Shown here: positions 23,918-24,890 of the stretch, in pieces
Layout of the letters: each line of letters opens with the position of its first letter
Position numbering within the stretch: the first letter of the stretch is position 1
DNA from: Nitrososphaerota archaeon
Lineage (GTDB): Archaea > Thermoproteota > Nitrososphaeria > Nitrososphaerales > Nitrosopumilaceae
NCBI GenBank assembly: GCA_022574415.1
Contig: JACZSC010000008.1
Coordinates: forward strand, 1 to 24,890
Reading direction: 5' to 3'
Length of the DNA stretch: 24,890 nucleotides
Position numbers and translations under genes: made by a program
Notes under the pieces: generated by a model
The model's database searches: none
What the model was told of the DNA's origin: nothing
Seen by the model: only the letters and a program-made list of their open reading frames with translations

Positions 23918-23960
23918 CATTGATACGAATTGTTAATCCTGAAAATTCTTAATTCTTATG
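23918..23960 (+). repeat. Composite repeat, inverted partner of 22066-22109; also left arm of a ~25-bp inverted pair with 24357-24382
   Basis: See 22066-22109. TAATCCTGAAAATTCTTAATTCTTA versus the reverse complement of 24357-24382, TAATTCTGAAAATTCTTAATTCTTAA. Confidence 0.85.
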
Positions 23961-23976
23961 TTGATCTAGAAAATTC

Positions 23977-24315
23977 ATGAATTTTGAACTGAAAAAAACT
24001 CTGTCAATAAAGATAAAACGCTTAGATATGTTCCCAAATTACTTTTTTGGAATTGCTGAGATAAATGGAGAAGACTACAAGATTAACATTCAAGGTCAGA
24101 GTGTATTTACAAAAAATTCAATCAAATTGCCAATAAAATTTAAAGATGAAAAAGCATTATTACGTCTAAGCGGAATTAATGGTTCTTATTTTGAGGATAT
24201 TGTAAATTACGAAGGAAAATCAGAATGGATAGAAATAGGTTCTGATAGAATTTTGTTCTATTTGGCAGATCATCAAGACCAAATTAACATTATAGATGTT
24301 CTAAGTAGATTCTAA
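23977..24315 (+). CDS. Hypothetical protein (112 aa) in a repeat-bounded cassette
   Basis: Preceded by the same leader as 15313..15552 (CTAGAAAATTCATG). The stop lies inside an AGATTCTAAACTCTTTTT relic. Confidence 0.55.
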   Translation: MNFELKKTLSIKIKRLDMFPNYFFGIAEINGEDYKINIQGQSVFTKNSIKLPIKFKDEKALLRLSGINGSYFEDIVNYEGKSEWIEIGSDRILFYLADHQDQINIIDVLSRF

Positions 24316-24398
24316 ACTCTTTTTGTTTCATCCTGGACTCCTAAACCCTTTTTTTATTAAGAATTAAGAATTTTCAGAATTAAAAAAGAGTTTAGAAT
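24307..24398. repeat. Inverted pair of cas1-3'-end relics enclosing an inverted AATTCTGAAAATTCTTAATTC motif
   Basis: AGATTCTAAACTCTTTTT at 24307-24324, GAATTAAGAATTTTCAGAATT at 24361-24381, and AAAAAGAGTTTAGAAT at 24383-24398. Confidence 0.8.
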
Positions 24399-24410
24399 TT
24401 TATTTAGGTC

Positions 24411-24890
24411 CTAGAGGCGTAATTTAGATTCTTTATCAGATTTCTCAGAGTTATTCTTGACTTTCTTTGCTTCTAGTATAGATTCTCGCTCTGCTTTCTC
24501 AGCTTCTCGTTGTTGTTTCTCTGCTTCGAGTTTAGCTATTTGATCAGCCTGACGCTGAGCTTTCTCAGCGTCTAGTTGTAGTTGCTTGGCTTCTTGTTTA
24601 GCTAATCTATCAGCTTCCCTCTGAGCCTTGTCAGCTTCGAGTTTAGCTAGTCTATCAGTTTCTCTCTGAACTTTCTCTGCGTCACGTTGTTGTTTCTCTA
24701 ATTCTAATTGTAATTGCTTTGCTTCTTGTTTAGCTAATCTATCAGCTTCCCTCTGAGCCTTGTCAGCCTCTCGCTGTAGTTGCTTGGCTTCTTGTTTAGC
24801 TAATCTATCAGCTTCCCTCTGAGCCTTGTCAGCTTCTCGCTGTAGTTGCTTTGCTTCTTGTTTAGCTAATCTATCAGCTTCCCTCTGAGC
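24411..24890 (-). CDS. Coiled-coil tandem-repeat protein, C-terminal part (ORF continues beyond the window)
   Basis: Manual minus-strand translation gives ...AQREADRLAKQEAKQLQREADKAQREADRLAKQEAKQLQ... ending ...KSDKESKLRL* with the stop at 24411-24413. It is open to the window edge. Confidence 0.7.
   Translation of the reverse strand, partial: AQREADRLAKQEAKQLQREADKAQREADRLAKQEAKQLQREADKAQREADRLAKQEAKQLQLELEKQQRDAEKVQRETDRLAKLEADKAQREADRLAKQEAKQLQLDAEKAQRQADQIAKLEAEKQQREAEKAERESILEAKKVKNNSEKSDKESKLRL
24530..24890. repeat. 66-bp tandem repeat (22-aa coiled-coil period)
   Basis: GTTTAGCTAATCTATCAGCTTCCCTCTGAGCCTTGTCAGC recurs at 24596, 24728, 24794 and 24860 (spacing 66 or 132), with diverged units between and before. 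Confidence 0.85.

Noticed and set aside
7290-24398. Possibility that the recurrent short repeats form a CRISPR array accompanying cas1
   Set aside because: The copies are irregularly spaced (tens of nt to several kb) and occur in both orientations. They belong to three different families and are separated by protein-coding genes, so there is no repeat-spacer periodicity.

Overview
AT-rich archaeal sequence. PEF-CTERM-type sorting signals, leaderless-looking genes and the element type suggest a Nitrosopumilus-like thaumarchaeon; this is an inference. Positions 1-6714 hold host-type envelope genes on the minus strand: a roughly 100-unit pentapeptide-repeat protein, a 922-aa secreted protein with two deacetylase-like modules, and a translationally overlapping processive GT2 glycosyltransferase with two N-terminal zinc-ribbon copies. 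From about 7.2 kb to 24.4 kb lies a mosaic accessory island. Its centrepiece is an 8.5-kb self-synthesizing transposon of the casposon type (8465-16960). It is bounded by perfect 53-bp terminal inverted repeats. It encodes a solo Cas1 (no cas2 and no CRISPR array anywhere in the window) and a protein-primed family-B DNA polymerase. It also carries RHH, wHTH and AbrB-like DNA-binding proteins and a wHTH + HEPN-like gene pair. The element sits exactly between a 42-bp sequence and a diverged second casposon-type end. That same 42-bp sequence joined directly to a solo end recurs at 23043-23165, which acts as an in-window unfilled paralogue of the insertion site and predicts a 7-bp TATCGAT duplication. 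The island also contains three short repeat families. GTTCGTATCAAATGT occurs about 9 times. TAATCCTGAAAATTCTTAATTC occurs about 7 times. Relics of the cas1 3' end occur at least 5 times. These repeats bracket small Cys/His-rich ORFs, a Fic gene, an FNR-type reductase gene and other cassettes. The window ends inside a coiled-coil protein built from a 66-bp tandem repeat. All function calls come from motifs read by eye; no database search was possible.
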